A stretch of 64,000 nucleotides of DNA from Chitinophagales bacterium (GCA_026129525.1 JAHCHW010000007.1:132561-196560), one strand, 5' to 3'; numbered from the stretch's first letter, positions 17,478 to 27,817 are shown. Numbers and translations are program-made. The notes: generated by a model from the sequence alone, not told the origin.

Positions 17478-18326
17478 ATGGCATATAAACTATCACAAAA
17501 GCATACAGGCAAACGCGCATTCATAACCGGAGGCGGAGGCAGCTTAGGCAGGGCATTAGCAATAGCTTTAGCTAAAGACGGTTGGACAGTTGGCATTACC
17601 GATATAAAAGATGAAGCACTCGCAGAGTCGAAAAGGCTGATTGAGGAGGCAGGGGGCAAAGCGCTTACCTACAAATTCGATGTAGCTGACCGCCATGAAT
17701 ACAAAAAAGCCTTCGATGATTTTATCTCCAATTCGGGCGGCATTGATTTACTCATTAACAATGCGGGCGTAGGCGATGGCGGTTTGTTTGGAGAGTATGA
17801 TTTGGAGCACTGGGACTGGATAACAGGCATTAACCAAATGGCGGCTGTGTACGGTTCGCATTATGCCGTGCCGCTTATGAAAAAGCAAGGCAGCGGACAC
17901 ATTATTTCTGTTGCCAGTGCGGCAGGCATTGCCAACATGCCCAACATGAGCATGTATAATGTTACCAAAGCGGCTGTTATATCGTTAATGGAATCGCTTT
18001 ATGCAGAGTTGGCTCCTTTTAATGTGCAAACGAGTGTGGTGTGTCCTACTTTTTTCCGCAGCAACATTATGCAGCACAACCGGGGCGATGAAAAAGCTAC
18101 TTCTATCGGGCAGCATATCATCAACAAAGCTAAATACGGACCCGATGAAATTGCCGATTACATATTAAAACAAGCAGGTAAAAACGAATTCTACATTCTG
18201 CATCCTTATCAGGCACGTTTAGTGTTTAACGTAAAGAGGTTAATCCCTCGTCTGTTTCTGAAAATAAAAGCCAATCAGTTTGCCAAGAAAGACTGGGTGC
18301 GACAGGCAATGAAAATTAAGTTCTGA
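17478..18326 (+). CDS. SDR family oxidoreductase
   Basis: Cofactor motif ITGGGGSLGRALA, NNAG, and catalytic S...YNVTKAA (YxxxK). Confidence 0.85.
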   Translation: MAYKLSQKHTGKRAFITGGGGSLGRALAIALAKDGWTVGITDIKDEALAESKRLIEEAGGKALTYKFDVADRHEYKKAFDDFISNSGGIDLLINNAGVGDGGLFGEYDLEHWDWITGINQMAAVYGSHYAVPLMKKQGSGHIISVASAAGIANMPNMSMYNVTKAAVISLMESLYAELAPFNVQTSVVCPTFFRSNIMQHNRGDEKATSIGQHIINKAKYGPDEIADYILKQAGKNEFYILHPYQARLVFNVKRLIPRLFLKIKANQFAKKDWVRQAMKIKF

Positions 18327-18328
18327 AG

Positions 18329-18877
18329 TTACTTTCTCGGCAACCAATTCATTTCCTCAGCCCCTAAGTCCTTTGCCATTTTGCGCGATAGCGTAAATAA
18401 AAAATCGGAAAGGCGATTGAGGTATTTAATGGCAATAAGCGGTATCTCGGAACTATGATGCAGCGCCACACAAAGTCGTTCCGCTCTGCGGCAAACGGTG
18501 CGCGCAATGTGGCAGTACGATACATGCACATGTCCTCCGGGTAGAATAAAATTCCGCAGCGGCTCTAATTGCAAATCCATTGCGTCAATTGTTTTTTCCA
18601 ATAACTCCACATCACTTTCGTGCAGGTCGGGTGTTTTCAGTTTTGCATTCTGTGGGTCGGCAGCCAATGATGACCCAAGCGTAAAAAGCCTGTCCTGAAT
18701 TTCTTTGAGTAACTCTTTCTGCTTTGTATCGGTACTTACATCGCGCAATAAACCTATCCAACTGTTCAGTTCATCTACCGTTCCGTAGGCATCAATACGC
18801 AGTTCGCTTTTAAGCACACGCCTTCCGCCAAACAACGAGGTTTCGCCTACATCACCGGTTTTAGTATAAATCTTCAT
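18329..18877 (-). CDS. ATP:cob(I)alamin adenosyltransferase, PduO type
   Basis: N-terminus MKIYTKTGDVGETSLFGGRRV...RIDAYGTVDELNSWIG and C-terminal YLNRLSDFLF are characteristic of PduO/MMAB-type adenosyltransferases. Confidence 0.85.
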   Translation of the reverse strand: MKIYTKTGDVGETSLFGGRRVLKSELRIDAYGTVDELNSWIGLLRDVSTDTKQKELLKEIQDRLFTLGSSLAADPQNAKLKTPDLHESDVELLEKTIDAMDLQLEPLRNFILPGGHVHVSYCHIARTVCRRAERLCVALHHSSEIPLIAIKYLNRLSDFLFTLSRKMAKDLGAEEMNWLPRK

Positions 18878-18932
18878 GGTTTATTTTTTGAAAAACTGAG
18901 TAATTGAATTGATAAAGTAAGGCGTTTATCCT

Positions 18933-18970
18933 TCATTCATTACTCATTACTCATCGCTCATCGCTCATTG
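18933..18970. repeat. Heptanucleotide tandem repeat (TCATTAC)x2 (TCATCGC)x2 with partial flanking units
   Basis: Read directly: tcat tcattac tcattac tcatcgc tcatcgc tcattg. It begins at the stop codon of the ABC ATPase gene on the minus strand. Confidence 0.8.
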
Positions 18971-19666
18971 CAGGCTCGCCACTGCCTCGTTCACCACATC
19001 GCTCTCTATTAAACCATCGCGCAGCCGCACAATACGTCTGGCATGTTTGGCAATATCTTCTTCGTGCGTAACTACAATAATGGTGTTGCCTCCCGCACTT
19101 ATCTCTTCAAAAATGTTCATGATTTCGTGCGAAGTTTTGGTGTCGAGATTGCCTGTTGGCTCATCGGCAAGAATAATGGAAGGATTATTGACCAATGCCC
19201 TGGCAATAGCCACCCGTTGCCTTTGTCCGCCCGAAAGTTCGTTGGGTTTGTGGTGCATGCGGTCAGCCAAGCCTACCATTTGCATCACTTTTTCGGCACG
19301 CTCATTTCGTTCTGCTTTACTCACTCCGGCATACACCATTGGCAAGGCAACGTTCTCCAACGCAGTAAGGCGCGGAAGAAGATTGAAAGTTTGAAAGATA
19401 AACCCAATCTCTTTGTTGCGAACCCGCGCCAATTCATCATCGGTCATTTCGCTCACTTCGGTTCCGTTCAGTTTGTAAGAACCGGAGGTGGGGGTATCTA
19501 AGCAGCCGAGAATATTCATGAGCGTTGATTTGCCGGAGCCGGAAGGTCCCATCAGCGCCACATACTCGTTCTTTTCAATAGCTACCGAAACATTTTTTAA
19601 TGCTTCAATCAACTGGCTGCCCATAAGGTACTCCTTGCGGATGTTCTTAATATCAATAATCGGCAT
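18965..19666 (-). CDS. ABC transporter ATP-binding protein (LolD/MacB/FtsE-like)
   Basis: Walker [10 protein letters not shown], signature [15 protein letters not shown], Walker [14 protein letters not shown]-loop VTHE. Confidence 0.9.
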   Translation of the reverse strand: MPIIDIKNIRKEYLMGSQLIEALKNVSVAIEKNEYVALMGPSGSGKSTLMNILGCLDTPTSGSYKLNGTEVSEMTDDELARVRNKEIGFIFQTFNLLPRLTALENVALPMVYAGVSKAERNERAEKVMQMVGLADRMHHKPNELSGGQRQRVAIARALVNNPSIILADEPTGNLDTKTSHEIMNIFEEISAGGNTIIVVTHEEDIAKHARRIVRLRDGLIESDVVNEAVASLQ

Positions 19667-19670
19667 GGAG

Positions 19671-19961
19671 TTACTTCTTAATTACTTTGGGTACTTTAAA
19701 ATAATCGGAGTCCTTTTGCGGAGCATTGAGCAGGGCTTCTTCTTTGCTTACCATGTCTTTAATGGCATCTTTTCGCAACACATTTTTTTCATCAGTCATG
19801 TATATGAGCGGCTCTACCCCATCTACATTAACTTCCTGCAATTTTTCTACCAAATTCAATATTCCCTGAAGGTCTTTTTTCAGTTTTTCCTTTTCGCTTT
19901 CGCCAAACTCCAACTTGCTTAATTCAGCCAAACGCTCCACTAATTCATTATCTATGTTCAT
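19671..19961 (-). CDS. gatC: Asp-tRNA(Asn)/Glu-tRNA(Gln) amidotransferase subunit C
   Basis: 96 aa. [12 protein letters not shown]...[27 protein letters not shown] is typical of GatC. Confidence 0.88.
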   Translation of the reverse strand: MNIDNELVERLAELSKLEFGESEKEKLKKDLQGILNLVEKLQEVNVDGVEPLIYMTDEKNVLRKDAIKDMVSKEEALLNAPQKDSDYFKVPKVIKK

Positions 19962-20018
19962 GTATGAATTATTTTATTTTCGCGAGCCAAACCTACATTA
20001 AAATCAGCATCTGCACTA

Positions 20019-21026
20019 ATGGCTAAACAAATTACAGTGAGCGGAGTTCGACCCACCGGGCGACAGCATTTGGGCAACTACTTTGGAGCGGTACTGAACT
20101 TTGTAAAAATGCAGGAAGAATACAACGGTTATTTTTTTGTTGCCGATTACCATTCGCTTACCACGCATCCGAAACCGGAGGATTTAAAAGCCAACGTAAA
20201 GCAGATTGTGGTGGAATACCTTGCCTGCGGTGTTGACCCGAATAAATGCATCCTTTACCTGCAAAGCGATTTGCCGCAAATACCGGAGTTGTATCTCATC
20301 TTTAACATGTTTGCCTACTTAGGCGAATTGGAGCGTGCTGCCACATTTAAAGAAAAAGTACGCTCGCAGCCGAACAACGTAAATGCCGGGTTGCTAACCT
20401 ATCCGGTGCTGATGGCGGTGGATATTGTAATTCACAAAGCGGCAAAAGTGCCGGTGGGGAAAGACCAGCAACAGCACTTGGAAATGACCCGCGATTTTGT
20501 AGCTCGTTTCAACAACCTGTATGGCGTTCAGTATTTCCCCGAACCGGAAGCCTTCAACTACGATTCGAGTTTAATTTCCATTCCCAGTTTGGATGGCGAA
20601 GGCAAAATGAGCAAGAGCAAAGGCGAGCATACTTGTATTTATTTAGCAGATGAGCCGGAAGCGCTTCGCAAAAAAATTATGCGTGCCAAAACCGATACGG
20701 GGCCTACCGTTCCCAATTCACCCAAACCGCAGGAAATTCAAAACCTTTTCGATTTAATGCGTTTGGTGAGCTCTTCGGATACTGTTCGCTTTTTTGATGA
20801 CAAATACAACGACTGTACCATTCGCTATGGCGATATGAAAAAGCAGTTAGCGGAAGATATGGTAAACTATCTTACACCCATTCGCATAAAAATTGAAGAA
20901 CTGAGCGCCAACGATAAGTTGCTGAACGAAATTATAAATGACGGAGGCAACAAAGCACGGCAAAGCGCGGCACAAACCCTGAAAGATGTAAGGGAAATTA
21001 TAGGGATAAAAAGTTTCGGAGAGTAA
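20019..21026 (+). CDS. trpS: Tryptophan--tRNA ligase
   Basis: SGVRPTGRQHLGNYFGA (HIGH-type region), KMSKS loop and the size (335 aa) fit class I TrpRS. Confidence 0.93.
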   Translation: MAKQITVSGVRPTGRQHLGNYFGAVLNFVKMQEEYNGYFFVADYHSLTTHPKPEDLKANVKQIVVEYLACGVDPNKCILYLQSDLPQIPELYLIFNMFAYLGELERAATFKEKVRSQPNNVNAGLLTYPVLMAVDIVIHKAAKVPVGKDQQQHLEMTRDFVARFNNLYGVQYFPEPEAFNYDSSLISIPSLDGEGKMSKSKGEHTCIYLADEPEALRKKIMRAKTDTGPTVPNSPKPQEIQNLFDLMRLVSSSDTVRFFDDKYNDCTIRYGDMKKQLAEDMVNYLTPIRIKIEELSANDKLLNEIINDGGNKARQSAAQTLKDVREIIGIKSFGE

Positions 21027-21095
21027 AACAATTTTTATTTTCGGGCACACACTGTTAAAGGCGGCTCACACAACCGCTGCCCACAAAAAAATATT

Positions 21096-21746
21096 ATGGC
21101 GAAGAAAGCAGCAGCACCTAAAAAACCGATTAAGCACATAGCTATTGCCGGTAACATTGGCGCAGGAAAAACCACTTTAACCAAAATTCTTTCGAAACAT
21201 TTTGCATGGCTGCCGCATTTTGAGGATGTAGAAAACAACCCGTACCTGAACGATTTTTACGAGGATATGCCCCGTTGGTCGTTCAACCTGCAGGTGTATT
21301 TTCTCAACTCGCGCTTTCGCCAGATTATTGAAATACAGAAAGGGGAAGAAGTAGTAATACAGGACAGAACCATTCATGAAGATGCCATGATATTTGCCCC
21401 AAACCTGCATTCGATGGGGTTAATGAGCACGCGCGATTTTGAAAACTACACGAAACTGTACGAAACTATTTCATCGCTTATTAGCCCGCCCGATTTGCTT
21501 ATTTACCTCAAAGCCTCTGTGCCTGCACTTGTAAATCAAATTCAAAAGCGCGGACGCGAATACGAAGACAACCTTCGCCTTGATTATCTCCGCAGACTGA
21601 ACGAGTATTACGAAAAGTGGATTTCGGGGTACAAAGACGGACGGCTGCTGATTATAGATGTGGACCAATGCAATTTTGCCGAAGAAGACGAAGCCAAAGC
21701 CGAAGTAGTAAATAAGGTTAGTGCTGAACTTTACGGCTTGTTCTGA
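21096..21746 (+). CDS. Deoxynucleoside kinase
   Basis: P-loop IAIAGNIGAGKTTL, then ENPYLNDFY and FNLQVYFLNSRF motifs of the dNK/dCK/dGK family. Confidence 0.85.
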   Translation: MAKKAAAPKKPIKHIAIAGNIGAGKTTLTKILSKHFAWLPHFEDVENNPYLNDFYEDMPRWSFNLQVYFLNSRFRQIIEIQKGEEVVIQDRTIHEDAMIFAPNLHSMGLMSTRDFENYTKLYETISSLISPPDLLIYLKASVPALVNQIQKRGREYEDNLRLDYLRRLNEYYEKWISGYKDGRLLIIDVDQCNFAEEDEAKAEVVNKVSAELYGLF

Positions 21747-21770
21747 TTTTTCCCGAAAATATTTTCTCTC

Positions 21771-22187
21771 ATGTCCGGCAACCGAGTAGCCGTTTTTCGC
21801 AAAGTAACGTTTAATGCTGCTCATAGACTTTACAACAAAAGTTGGAGCGATGAGCAAAACCGCAAAGTATTCGGCTTATGCGCCAACGAGCACTATCACG
21901 GACACAACTATCGCTTAGACGTAAAAGTGATTGGAGAAATAGACCCCGAAACCGGTTACGTTATTAACCTTGATGATTTAAAACGAATAATTCAAGAGGA
22001 AGTACACAACCGCTTCGACCACCACAACCTTAATTTAGATTGTCCGGAGTTTAAAGACTTGAATCCTACAGGCGAAAACATTGTGGTTGTAATTTACCAA
22101 ATGCTGCGAGCGCGTTTAGAGGCTAAGTACGATTTGCAAATCCGTTTATGGGAAACCGAGCGGAATTACTTTGAATACCCGGTTTGA
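21771..22187 (+). CDS. 6-pyruvoyl-tetrahydropterin synthase / 6-carboxytetrahydropterin synthase (PTPS/QueD family)
   Basis: FNAAHRL, CANEHYHGHNY (Cys-x5-HGH), GEIDPETGYVINLDDLK and DHHNLNLD motifs. It is closer to PTPS-I spacing than to E. coli QueD (Cys-x3-HGH). Confidence 0.85.
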   Translation: MSGNRVAVFRKVTFNAAHRLYNKSWSDEQNRKVFGLCANEHYHGHNYRLDVKVIGEIDPETGYVINLDDLKRIIQEEVHNRFDHHNLNLDCPEFKDLNPTGENIVVVIYQMLRARLEAKYDLQIRLWETERNYFEYPV

Positions 22188-22319
22188 TGCCATAGCGTAA
22201 TTTACAACCGCTTGCACCTTATCAACATCTGCTTGTTGTAACCTTTTACACACTTGGCTGCATTCTTCAATGCCATTCGCCATAAATGCACTAAACTTGT
22301 AGGTATCAAACTGTATAGA

Positions 22320-24710
22320 ATGGTAAGAGCAATAGTTACTTTTCTTTTTTCCTGTTTTTTATCGGTGGTTTTGGCGCAACAGGCAACCAAACTCGATTTA
22401 CGGCTTTGGCTTAGGCTGCAAAATGGCGATGTGCGCAACAGTAACATGTCTTTATTAGTGCAAGGCAATCCTGCTGCAATCAAACAACTGACCGAACAGT
22501 ACGGAGGTATTTACAAAACAGGTATTGACGATATCTCTTCCATAGAAATTCCGGAAAAAAGTCTTATTAAGTTTTCCGAAAATCCGGCAGTAGTTAAAAT
22601 TGAAAACACACAAGCAAAGGGAACTTTGCTGATGGATACTGCACGATTGCGGAATAATATTGATAGTGTTCATAGTGGATTTGCCCCGCTTACCGACTCG
22701 CTTAAGGGTAAAGGAGTGATTGTTGGAATTATAGACGGAGGTATCTACTGGCAACACATGGATTTTAGGAATAATGATGCCAATAACACTACCCGCATCC
22801 GCTACATTTGGGATCAGGTTGTTACCGGAAGTCCTGCTCCGCTCCCGTACAACTATGGCAGGCAGTGCGATTGGTTTGATTTAAACAGCAATTCCTGTTT
22901 TCATGTTCCGCCTTCAAGCGATTTCGGACACGGCACTTGTGTGGCAGGGATTGCAGCAGGCAACAGTAATTCAACATTAGGCACTGCTTATGCCAAGAAG
23001 CTGAAGGGAGTAGCACCACAAGCAGAGATAATTGCTGTGCGAGTTAAAAACGACCAAAACTTTTTGGCAAATGTGGCTGATGCTGTTGACTATATTTTTA
23101 AGAAGGCCGATGCAATGGGAAAACCTTGTGTAATCAATACCAGTATTGGCACCTACTACGGCTCGCACGATGCTCAGGATTTATCGAGCAAAATGATTGA
23201 TGCGCTTTTAGCGCAGCGCAACGGGCGGGTGCTGGTAGCTGCTGCGGGAAATGCTGGAGAAATCAAGCACCATCTTTCATATTCTATTCCTTCCGATTCT
23301 GCCTATACCTACTTTAAGTTTAATGCTACTTACAATGAAGTGTATTTCGACCTATGGGCAGATACTGCTGATTTTAACAACGCCTACTTTTTGGTAGGAT
23401 GCAGCGATAAATTCGGTACCGAATTGGGACGCATTCCATATTTGAATGTACTAACCGATTTTCCCAATCTGCAACAAGGCGTTGGGATTATTAAAAGCCA
23501 AACCTTAACCGGCTTAGGAAACATAAACATGCAGGTTACACTCGATGGCGGGCGTTACCATGTAGAGTTTCTGGTTTATCCCACTGTAAATTCACATTTG
23601 TGGCGCTTGCAAACAAAGGGCAGCGGCAAGTTCGATTTGTGGAGCAGCGCTGCTTTAATTGGCAGTGCCGATATGGTTTCGCAATTAGAAACCGGTGATA
23701 CGGCTAATCCTTTTGCGTACATACAATCAGTTCATTACCGTCATCCCGATACATTGAAGACAATGGTTTCATCGTGGCAAAACAGCGACAGGGTGATTAC
23801 CGTAGGCAACTATTCAAACCGGGCAGGTTACTTAGACCGCGATGGAAATTATGTTGACCTGCTTGTACCGCCTTACAACGAAGTAGTAGGCAAACGCTTT
23901 TCCACTTCCAGTTTTGGACCCACGCGAGATATGCGGCTTAAGCCCGATATAATGGCAACCGGCAGTACTACTATTGCCACGGGCGAAGCGGCATTTATTG
24001 CAGCGGCAACTTCGGCAAGTAATAGGGTTAAAGTTTACATTACACAAAAGCACATTCGCAACGGGGGCACTTCAATGGCATCGCCAATAGTGGCAGGTAT
24101 TGCTGCCTTGTATTTACAAAAACGACCAACGGCTACTTACGAGGAGATTAAGCAAGCTATTATCTGCACGGCTGTTAAGGATAATTTTACAGGGCAAAAT
24201 GCCGGCTATGAATACGGCAACGGCAAAGTGAATGCTTTTGCCGCACTTACGCGCGCTAATTGCATAGTGTTTGGTGTAAAAGATACCGCCTGCCTTAACT
24301 ATACTCCTCTCGCAACAGTTGATACCGGAGGATGTGTTGCCAAAGTTTACGGATGTATGGACAGTACCGCTTTAAACTATAACCCGCTGGCAAATATTGC
24401 CGATGGCAGTTGCAGCTATTCTATAGGTATTAACAACATTTCTACCGATGGAATAAGTGTTGCCGTTGTGCCCAATCCTTTTGGCAGCACCGCAACATTT
24501 ATTTTGAGAAACGCCAATACTGCTTTTGTTTCGGGAGAAATAAAAATTATCAATCAGTTAGGCGAAACGGTTGATGCTTTTGAAGTGAACACTTCCGCTA
24601 CCACCTATACTTATCGCAATACCAAACTGGCTGCGGGTATTTATTACTACTTGCTTGTTGCTCAAAACAAAACATTAGCAGGAGGAAAATTGGTAATTGA
24701 AAAACATTGA
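22320..24710 (+). CDS. S8 family serine peptidase (subtilisin-like) with T9SS type A C-terminal sorting domain
   Basis: Start moved to ATG 22320 (signal peptide MVRAIVTFLFSCFLSVVLAQQ). Catalytic motifs VGIIDGG (Asp), HGTCVAGIAAG (His) and GGTSMASPIVAG (Ser). C-terminus VVPNPFGSTATFIL...GIYYYLLVAQNK...LVIEKH. Confidence 0.9.
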   Translation: MVRAIVTFLFSCFLSVVLAQQATKLDLRLWLRLQNGDVRNSNMSLLVQGNPAAIKQLTEQYGGIYKTGIDDISSIEIPEKSLIKFSENPAVVKIENTQAKGTLLMDTARLRNNIDSVHSGFAPLTDSLKGKGVIVGIIDGGIYWQHMDFRNNDANNTTRIRYIWDQVVTGSPAPLPYNYGRQCDWFDLNSNSCFHVPPSSDFGHGTCVAGIAAGNSNSTLGTAYAKKLKGVAPQAEIIAVRVKNDQNFLANVADAVDYIFKKADAMGKPCVINTSIGTYYGSHDAQDLSSKMIDALLAQRNGRVLVAAAGNAGEIKHHLSYSIPSDSAYTYFKFNATYNEVYFDLWADTADFNNAYFLVGCSDKFGTELGRIPYLNVLTDFPNLQQGVGIIKSQTLTGLGNINMQVTLDGGRYHVEFLVYPTVNSHLWRLQTKGSGKFDLWSSAALIGSADMVSQLETGDTANPFAYIQSVHYRHPDTLKTMVSSWQNSDRVITVGNYSNRAGYLDRDGNYVDLLVPPYNEVVGKRFSTSSFGPTRDMRLKPDIMATGSTTIATGEAAFIAAATSASNRVKVYITQKHIRNGGTSMASPIVAGIAALYLQKRPTATYEEIKQAIICTAVKDNFTGQNAGYEYGNGKVNAFAALTRANCIVFGVKDTACLNYTPLATVDTGGCVAKVYGCMDSTALNYNPLANIADGSCSYSIGINNISTDGISVAVVPNPFGSTATFILRNANTAFVSGEIKIINQLGETVDAFEVNTSATTYTYRNTKLAAGIYYYLLVAQNKTLAGGKLVIEKH

Positions 24711-24713
24711 TTT

Positions 24714-25214
24714 ATGAAACGAGTTTCCATACTAAATAGCGGAGATATTCAGCAGAAAACAGTTCGCATTGCCTACCAAATTGTAGAGAACAACTACGAT
24801 GAAAAGGAACTTATCCTTGTAGGAATAAAGCCAAACGGATTAAAGTACGCTTCGCAGTTGAAAAAGCAAATAGAAAGCATCAACGGTATTAAAGTTCGCC
24901 TTATAGCACTTTCACTAAACAAGGATAATCCTCTTGGGCAAGAGATTGTTTTGGAAGATACCGTTTCACTGAATGGTAAAACCGTGATAGTGGTGGACGA
25001 TGTAGCCAATACCGGAAAAACAATGTATTACGCACTTAAACCCATTATGGAGTTTTCGCCTAAAAAGGTGCAGGCGGTTGTATTGGTTGACAGGCAACAC
25101 AAACTGTTTCCTGTTACGCCCGATTTTGTAGGGCTGAGCCTTTCTACTACTTTGCAAGAACACATTCTTGTAGAGTTTAAAGAAAAAGGAGAGAGTGCCG
25201 CCTACTTAATGTAA
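24714..25214 (+). CDS. Phosphoribosyltransferase family protein (PyrR-like)
   Basis: PRPP-binding motif VIVVDDVANTGKTM. The size (166 aa) and layout resemble PyrR/uracil PRT-type proteins, but the function is not certain. Confidence 0.7.
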   Translation: MKRVSILNSGDIQQKTVRIAYQIVENNYDEKELILVGIKPNGLKYASQLKKQIESINGIKVRLIALSLNKDNPLGQEIVLEDTVSLNGKTVIVVDDVANTGKTMYYALKPIMEFSPKKVQAVVLVDRQHKLFPVTPDFVGLSLSTTLQEHILVEFKEKGESAAYLM

Positions 25215-25237
25215 TACACAACCTCACTGCCATACTC

Positions 25238-27817
25238 TTAGAATAATCCTCCCTGATTCCCCTTTTTGCCGGCTTTAGGGTTTACATCCAGTTCAATGGT
25301 GGTGCCTATTTCCACTTCATCGGGCATTTTATTTATCTCGTGTATTTTGCCTGAAATATCAAACTGTGTTAAACGATTACCGAGCGCTTTCCAGCCTTTT
25401 ACATCAATTAGGTCGTTCAGTTTTACTTCTTCTTCCACCTTCTCTTTCGCTTTCCCTTTCAGTACATTGAATTTTACCCAGGCTTCATTTGCTCCGGTAA
25501 ATATGTGCAGCACCGATTTTGGGTGTTCGGTAATAATGGATGTTTTGTATTTCTCGGTTTTGAGTTCTACAATAAAGCGCTTTACGAAGTATTCTTTTTT
25601 ATCGCCATCGTAATACACCGCACTGTATGGTTTTTCCGGATTGAATTTCTCAATCGCTACCATATCGTCCGGCTCGTATTTGTTGGTTAGTTCAAAGTTG
25701 GTGAGTTCCACATCGCCATTTTTATACGCCACTATAATTTGGTCGCCCGTGTTGAACTCGCCTAAGTATTTGGCTTTGTCTTTTTCTTCGTTTACTAATC
25801 TGCCAAATTTCTCATCGAACCAAATTTTCATGCCGCCAATAGATGACTTGCCTTTTTCCAGCAACTCAATTTTCCGCACCGGATATTTGGTAAGAATATT
25901 TCCGTTTGCTCCGCGACCTTTTATTTCTATGGTTCCGAAATCAAATTCAAACTCTTTGATGCGGGCGGTAGAATTAGGATGCAGTTGCACTTTCACCAAC
26001 TCGCTTTCGCTGTTGGGGTTTGCCGTAAAGTAAAGCACTTTGCTTCCGGAGGTACCTTGTGTTAAATCATATTCTTTATCGCGCGTAATACCCGTAACGT
26101 TAAAACGTTTTACAAAAGTACGCTTGCTGGCTCCATCGTAGTAAGCCATGTTGTAGGCGGTACGCTCATCGTTCTTTTTCCAAACGGCAATGTGAATAAT
26201 GTCCTTGCCGATAAATTTTTTATCGCCCAATCGGCTAACCATTAGTTTACCGCCACGGGTAAAGGCAATAATGTCATCCAAGTCAGAACACTCGCATACA
26301 AACTCATCTTTCTTTAAACCGGTGCCGAAGAAACCCTCCTCGCGGTTTACATAAAGTTTGGCATTGGTAGCAGCTACCTGCTTAACTTCAATTTCTTCAA
26401 AGCCTTTTACTTCGGTTTTGCGTTCACGTCCTTTGCCGTATTTCTTAATCAGATTTTGAAAGAAGGCGACTGTAAACTCGGTGAGGTGTTTTAAATCATA
26501 CGCCACCTGTTTTAGTTCGTTCTCAATCGCCTTCATTTCCTCATCGGCTTTAAAAGCATCGTATTTAGAAATGCGTTTGATTTTTATCTCCGTTAGGCGA
26601 ACTATATCATCGGTGGTTATTTCTCTGCGGAAATTTTTTTTGTAAGGCTTCAGTCCTTTGTCAATGGTGCTGATAACATCTTCCCAAGTTTCGCATTCTT
26701 CAATATTGCGGTAAATGCGTTTTTCAATAAATATTTTTTCGAGCGAACTGAAATGCCATTTTTCGTTCAACTCGCTTTGCTTTATTTCCAGTTCACGTTT
26801 GAGCAACTCTTTGGTGCGTTCGGTAGAAAGTTCCAGCACTTCATGCACATTCATAAAGCGCGGCTTCTCATCCACAATTACACACGCGTTTACGGAAATT
26901 GAACTCTGGCAATCGGTAAAAGCATACAGTGCGTCAATTGTAACATCGGGATCGGTGCCGGGAGCAAGTTCAATAAGTATTTCTACATCTTTAGCGGTGT
27001 TATCCACCACTTTTTTGATTTTGATTTTGCCTTTATCCTGCGCTTTCAGAATGCTGTCAATTAAACTGCCGGTAGTAGTACCGAAAGGTATTTCGCGGAT
27101 AGCAAGCGTTTTTTTGTCCACCACATCAATTTTGGCGCGCACTTTTACCTTGCCGCCTCGCTCACCTTTGTTGTATTCGCTTACATCAACAAAACCTCCG
27201 GTGGGAAAATCGGGCAATAAGCGAAAACGTTTTCCTTCCAAGTAGTTAATGCTTGCCTCACAAAGTTCAATAAAGTTGTGCGGAAGTATTTTGGTTGAAA
27301 GACCAACCGCTATACCATCAGCCCCTTGCGAAAGCAGCAATGGGAATTTCATGGGCAGTGTTATCGGTTCTTTTTTTCTGCCATCGTACGAAAGTTGCCA
27401 TTCGGTTATATCACCATTAAACGAAACCTCTTTTGCAAACTTAGAGAGGCGCACTTCAATGTAACGCGGAGCAGCAGCAGAGTCGCCTGTGCGAACATCG
27501 CCCCAGTTGCCTTGGGTGTCAAATAGCAATTCTTTCTGCCCAATGTTCACCAGCGCATCGCCAATACTTGCATCGCCATGCGGGTGATACTGCATGGTTT
27601 GCCCAATTACATTTGCCACTTTGTTGAAACGTCCATCGTCCATTTCGTTCATGGCGTGCATAATTCTGCGCTGCACGGGTTTTAAACCATCTTCAATAGC
27701 CGGTACTGCACGCTCCAGAATTACATAACTGGCATAATCCAAAAACCAGTTCTGAAACATGCCATCTACGTGTATGGCAGTTGTTTCGTTGTGTTGCTCT
27801 TTATTTTCGTCTTTCAT
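25238..27817 (-). CDS. parC: Type IIA topoisomerase subunit A (topoisomerase IV ParC-like)
   Basis: ILERAVPAIEDGLKPVQRRI, YHPHGD and AAAPRYIEVRLS (active-site Tyr region). It lies directly downstream of the B subunit. Start chosen at ATG 27817; the ORF-track start at 27838 is a GTG. The topo IV versus gyrase assignment is by inference. Confidence 0.85.
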   Translation of the reverse strand: MKDENKEQHNETTAIHVDGMFQNWFLDYASYVILERAVPAIEDGLKPVQRRIMHAMNEMDDGRFNKVANVIGQTMQYHPHGDASIGDALVNIGQKELLFDTQGNWGDVRTGDSAAAPRYIEVRLSKFAKEVSFNGDITEWQLSYDGRKKEPITLPMKFPLLLSQGADGIAVGLSTKILPHNFIELCEASINYLEGKRFRLLPDFPTGGFVDVSEYNKGERGGKVKVRAKIDVVDKKTLAIREIPFGTTTGSLIDSILKAQDKGKIKIKKVVDNTAKDVEILIELAPGTDPDVTIDALYAFTDCQSSISVNACVIVDEKPRFMNVHEVLELSTERTKELLKRELEIKQSELNEKWHFSSLEKIFIEKRIYRNIEECETWEDVISTIDKGLKPYKKNFRREITTDDIVRLTEIKIKRISKYDAFKADEEMKAIENELKQVAYDLKHLTEFTVAFFQNLIKKYGKGRERKTEVKGFEEIEVKQVAATNAKLYVNREEGFFGTGLKKDEFVCECSDLDDIIAFTRGGKLMVSRLGDKKFIGKDIIHIAVWKKNDERTAYNMAYYDGASKRTFVKRFNVTGITRDKEYDLTQGTSGSKVLYFTANPNSESELVKVQLHPNSTARIKEFEFDFGTIEIKGRGANGNILTKYPVRKIELLEKGKSSIGGMKIWFDEKFGRLVNEEKDKAKYLGEFNTGDQIIVAYKNGDVELTNFELTNKYEPDDMVAIEKFNPEKPYSAVYYDGDKKEYFVKRFIVELKTEKYKTSIITEHPKSVLHIFTGANEAWVKFNVLKGKAKEKVEEEVKLNDLIDVKGWKALGNRLTQFDISGKIHEINKMPDEVEIGTTIELDVNPKAGKKGNQGGLF

